The notes below the pieces were generated by a model. That model saw nothing but the letters and a program-made list of their open reading frames with translations, was not told the origin of the DNA and searched no databases. A DNA stretch of 51,981 nucleotides, counting the filler, from Dirinaria sp. TL-2023a (lineage: Eukaryota), in the NCBI GenBank assembly GCA_051941275.1. It is 3 parts of 3 records of this genome, joined end to end, with 100 filler letters (N's around TTAATTAATTAA, not from the genome) between each part and the next. Parts side by side here need not be neighbours in the genome. Positions count along the whole stretch, not along the records: positions 34,739 to 51,981 come from JAVEBF010000440.1; 2 more parts are not named here. One strand, written 5' to 3'. This document shows, in pieces, positions 48,807-51,981 of the stretch; positions within the stretch are counted from its first letter, which is position 1, and each line of letters opens with the position of its first letter. Position numbers and translations under genes: made by a program.

Positions 48807-49533
48807 GGTTTGGTGATGAGGTCTGCGCTGTCAGTTCGGGCTACGGTAACTTTTGACTCAGCAGGCAGTTTCTCAAGAAGATGAACCACCAAATGTGCCT
48901 TTCCGACTCCTTGTGTACTAGCTCCAGAGGAAGAGGTTCAGCAATTAAGGATTGTTGCAATAGCTGGGTTGTCTTGCACTGAAGCTATGCCATAGAGGAT
49001 ACGATGATCACGAGCATGGGGTTAGGAACAAGAGGAAGCAAAGGAGGTAGAAGGCAACTCATGGGCCGAAATGCCCTGACTTCACATGTGGTGGTTCTGC
49101 TTAGTGGCGTATATGAAGAATACTTCACCTACTTGCGGCATATCACGCCTTCATCTGAGATTTCCTATGGTACCCATACGACGATCACCAAACAATAGTG
49201 AGAAGTCCTTCTAAACCAAGGGGCCATGGTCTCCTACTGTTCAATTTTGCACTCTATACCTACAAATCTTTTGGGGCTTTTATGTCTGGAAGATGTCTAC
49301 TTTCTTTGTGAGATGTTGAGTTGCTTTTTCGTCTTGAGGATTGCATACCATCAGTGAAACTGGATTCACACAGCTAAATGGTATCTCCACATTCCCTAGA
49401 TAAGATTTACTATGGCGATAATAGCGGACTCAATGGTATCTTGGGCATACAAAGGTAATTTCCATTGAATTTTACATAATACTATCCACAAAAGACTTCA
49501 TCATGAAAATTCGTCATTGTATCATTGTTCTCC

Positions 49534-50865
49534 TCAACTAGCAGACTGGACTTTCAACTTGCCAAAAGCTACCAGCAAATCGTCTTTTAAATCAACCCAT
49601 CCTTCCAGGCCAACACTGACCCTCAACAGCCTTCTATCAACACTGCTATCGCTCATGGCTCTCCACTCGATCAAACTTTCAACACCCCCTAAGCTTGTTG
49701 CATGAGAAAATAGCTTTAGTTCCGCTGGCAATCTCCTAGCTAAGCTCTCGTCCTTCGTCCAGATGGCAAAGACAGGTCCAAACCCATGCGGCATCTGCTT
49801 CTTCAGCCACACCATCTCGTTTGTTTGCAGGCTTGCATGCTGCACCCTCGATACACACCCTTGAATAGTGTCCACATCCTGCTGATCTCCCCGTCCAACT
49901 ACACAATCGCTCAACCAGCCCACCAGCTTCTCCGCACTCTCACTCTGCCTCCTAACCCTCACCTCCAAAGTTCGCAAGCTACGCACCCCTAACCAACCTT
50001 CCAAACTACCCATCACACTCCCCAAAAACACCCTGTCCTCCTTCAAACCCTGCAACCAATCCGTCCTCTTCACCGCCAGCACCCCCATTAGCAGATCGCT
50101 ATGGCCCCCCAAATACTTCGTCCCACTATGCATCACCACATCCGCGCCCCACACAAACGGGTCCTGCAGCCCGGGGGGGCCAAACGTAGCATCTACGACC
50201 AAGTACGCCCCCCTCGCCGCCGCCTTCCTCGCGAAAGCAGCGATATCCCTCGCTTCCCCTGTCGGATTCACCGGCGTCTCGAGATGAATCACATCGCCCG
50301 CGTTCAGTTCCTCAGCCGCACACTCAAGAGGCAGTACTTCCAGCCCATGCAATTTCTCATGGAGCCCCAAGACCCCCCTCGAACCATGATATCCAGGACC
50401 GATACTCACTCTCCGCGGGCGCAGGAACACATATATCGCGTGCAGCGCCGCGAGGCCGGAGGAGTAGGTCAGACACGGCGCGTGTAGGAGGGCCGTGAGA
50501 ATAGCTTCGAGTCGCGTTGTATTGGGCGCTGTCTCCCGCGAGTAGACGTGTGCATCGGAGGAAGACGAGGAAAAATGGGTTTGCGCGGATGCAGGGACTA
50601 GAGAGGAGGGGTTGTGGGTGTAGCGGAAAGTTGTGGAGACGTGGATCGGGGGAGAGACGTCCGGGTTGGAGTCTAGGGAGGAGTCGGCATGGAGGGCGCG
50701 CGTCGAGAGGGAGGTATTGGGAGCCGGGTTGGAGGGTGGTGCAGCTTGTTCTTGGTTGGTGGGCAGGCTTTCCATGAGGGTTGAAGAGGTCCTAGGATGG
50801 GAGAAGGTGTTCTTGAGGTGATGCTTTCCAGCAAAGTCTTGGGTGAGGTCGGGTTTGACTTCCAT
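49534..50865 (-). CDS. PLP-dependent trans-sulfuration enzyme (cystathionine gamma-synthase/lyase family, YHR112C-like), intronless
   Basis: LSTRALHAD, SPPIHVSTTF, YSR, YSSGLAA, LETPVNP, VVDATF, PLP-lysine motif HSGTKYLGGHSD, ATSLGGVESLIE, LRVSVGLE. Start may be the ATG at 50775 (MESLPT). Confidence 0.93.
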   Translation of the reverse strand: MEVKPDLTQDFAGKHHLKNTFSHPRTSSTLMESLPTNQEQAAPPSNPAPNTSLSTRALHADSSLDSNPDVSPPIHVSTTFRYTHNPSSLVPASAQTHFSSSSSDAHVYSRETAPNTTRLEAILTALLHAPCLTYSSGLAALHAIYVFLRPRRVSIGPGYHGSRGVLGLHEKLHGLEVLPLECAAEELNAGDVIHLETPVNPTGEARDIAAFARKAAARGAYLVVDATFGPPGLQDPFVWGADVVMHSGTKYLGGHSDLLMGVLAVKRTDWLQGLKEDRVFLGSVMGSLEGWLGVRSLRTLEVRVRRQSESAEKLVGWLSDCVVGRGDQQDVDTIQGCVSRVQHASLQTNEMVWLKKQMPHGFGPVFAIWTKDESLARRLPAELKLFSHATSLGGVESLIEWRAMSDSSVDRRLLRVSVGLEGWVDLKDDLLVAFGKLKVQSAS

Positions 50866-51981
50866 GCCCCTCTTGTCTCTCGAGCTACGGGCAAGCCCTA
50901 GGTTTGAGCCCTAGCCAAGCTTTCCATTTTGTCGCTCTTCCGATCCTTTATTTACCTCACCTTAAGGTAACCTTTAACCAAATGGAATCCCAAACCCTGA
51001 CCCAGCTATACTAGTGTTCCATTCTTGAGCTTGAAAATACTTTGTATATCGCAGGACAAATTGATCCCGTACCTGAGTCACGCAAAATTTAAGATCAAAT
51101 GAAAAGAGCAAAGCCCATCCAACTCACCTGACTTGACAAACAAGGCTCCAAAGGGAAGTACGTACGCTGAGAGAACCTCCTTAGCACCGGAAGAAAATAC
51201 ATCCAGGCATGCACATACGCATCTTCGACTCACCAATACGCCAAGCAGAGAAATCCGGAGAAAATTCATGCTTTTTGAGAGGAAACCCTGTCTATGTTTT
51301 TCCATTTACACTCTACAAATTTCTTGTCATCGGTACAACCTTTGGAGCTTTTCTTCCCTCCCACTTCTTCTATTCCAATTTTTTGGACATCTTAACAATG
51401 AAAATTCCCCTTCAGGCCACAATCCTGATACTCTCAAAGTCCCTATGTTTCTCCACCTCCTCATGCCTTTCCCACAGCTATCCATCCATCAGAGCCTGGT
51501 TCACGAAATCTGGCCATCTCCTTTTCTACTAGACTCATACTTTGAGAGATCAGCGGGACAAGCACGTACCATTTCCCTATCCCATTCTTTATTCACCACA
51601 TTCATTCAAATCGTACAATGATTCCCTCAACAAAGAACATCTTGTCCACGCCCGAATAAACAAAGAATGATTGAAGAACAATTTCACAATGCATCTCCGA
51701 TAGAGAGTCCCAGACACAATCCATTGTCCATGCACACTTTCTACGTTGTTCTTTTTTCTGCTTCAACAAACCCCCCCATCTTACGCCGAAAAGTATCAAA
51801 GATAGATCCAGATTCTTATCGCTTTTTCTTTTCTCTTCGCAAGACCTTGGAATTCAAAAAAAAAAAAAAAAAAAAGGTATTCCTTTTCCTAGATATTTCC
51901 TTAACCTTCAAAACCTCGAACGCAGTTTTAAAAAAAAAAGATGCACTTCCTCCCCTCTAACCTCCTCCTCCTCCTCCTGAG

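Noticed and set aside
9612..50865. GSH1 plus trans-sulfuration enzyme as a sulfur/glutathione gene cluster
   Set aside because: About 38 kb apart, separated by unrelated housekeeping genes and two assembly gaps.
51133..51960. ORFs of 97-162 aa at the right end
   Set aside because: Low-complexity translations of pyrimidine-rich and poly-A non-coding sequence.

Overview
Gene-dense, intron-rich nuclear DNA of a filamentous ascomycete (Pezizomycotina; GT-AG introns of about 50-130 nt with CTRAC branch sites; a Eurotiomycete, possibly lichen-forming, is my guess and cannot be proven here). About 26 protein-coding genes can be modelled, mostly housekeeping: metaxin/Sam35-like, two SDRs, an Mhp1/Gip3-like LRR protein, GSH1, a Say1-like alpha/beta hydrolase, SPT2, RPP2, RPS15, ARS2, TspO, TRM5, RPB4, TRS23, RPS17 (cut by a gap), HOS2, an ING/Yng2 protein, an Osh6/7-like OSBP, U2AF1 and a PLP trans-sulfuration enzyme. 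Orphans include a Cys-containing secreted protein, a Myb-like protein, a DUF4185-like propeller protein and small genes the ORF track missed or mis-started. Two 100-bp scaffold linkers (44N-TTAATTAATTAA-44N) are assembly artefacts; one cuts RPS17 and the other probably hides a gene. I found no convincing new multi-gene system. The best leads are the signal-less DUF4185-like protein, an FFAT-like tail on a short OSBP, the RPP2-RPS15 linkage with Homol-D/E boxes, a start codon split by an intron, GC3 islands next to the gaps and RIP-like relics. Gene models were spliced by eye, so exon boundaries are approximate and family calls rest on recalled motifs, not searches.
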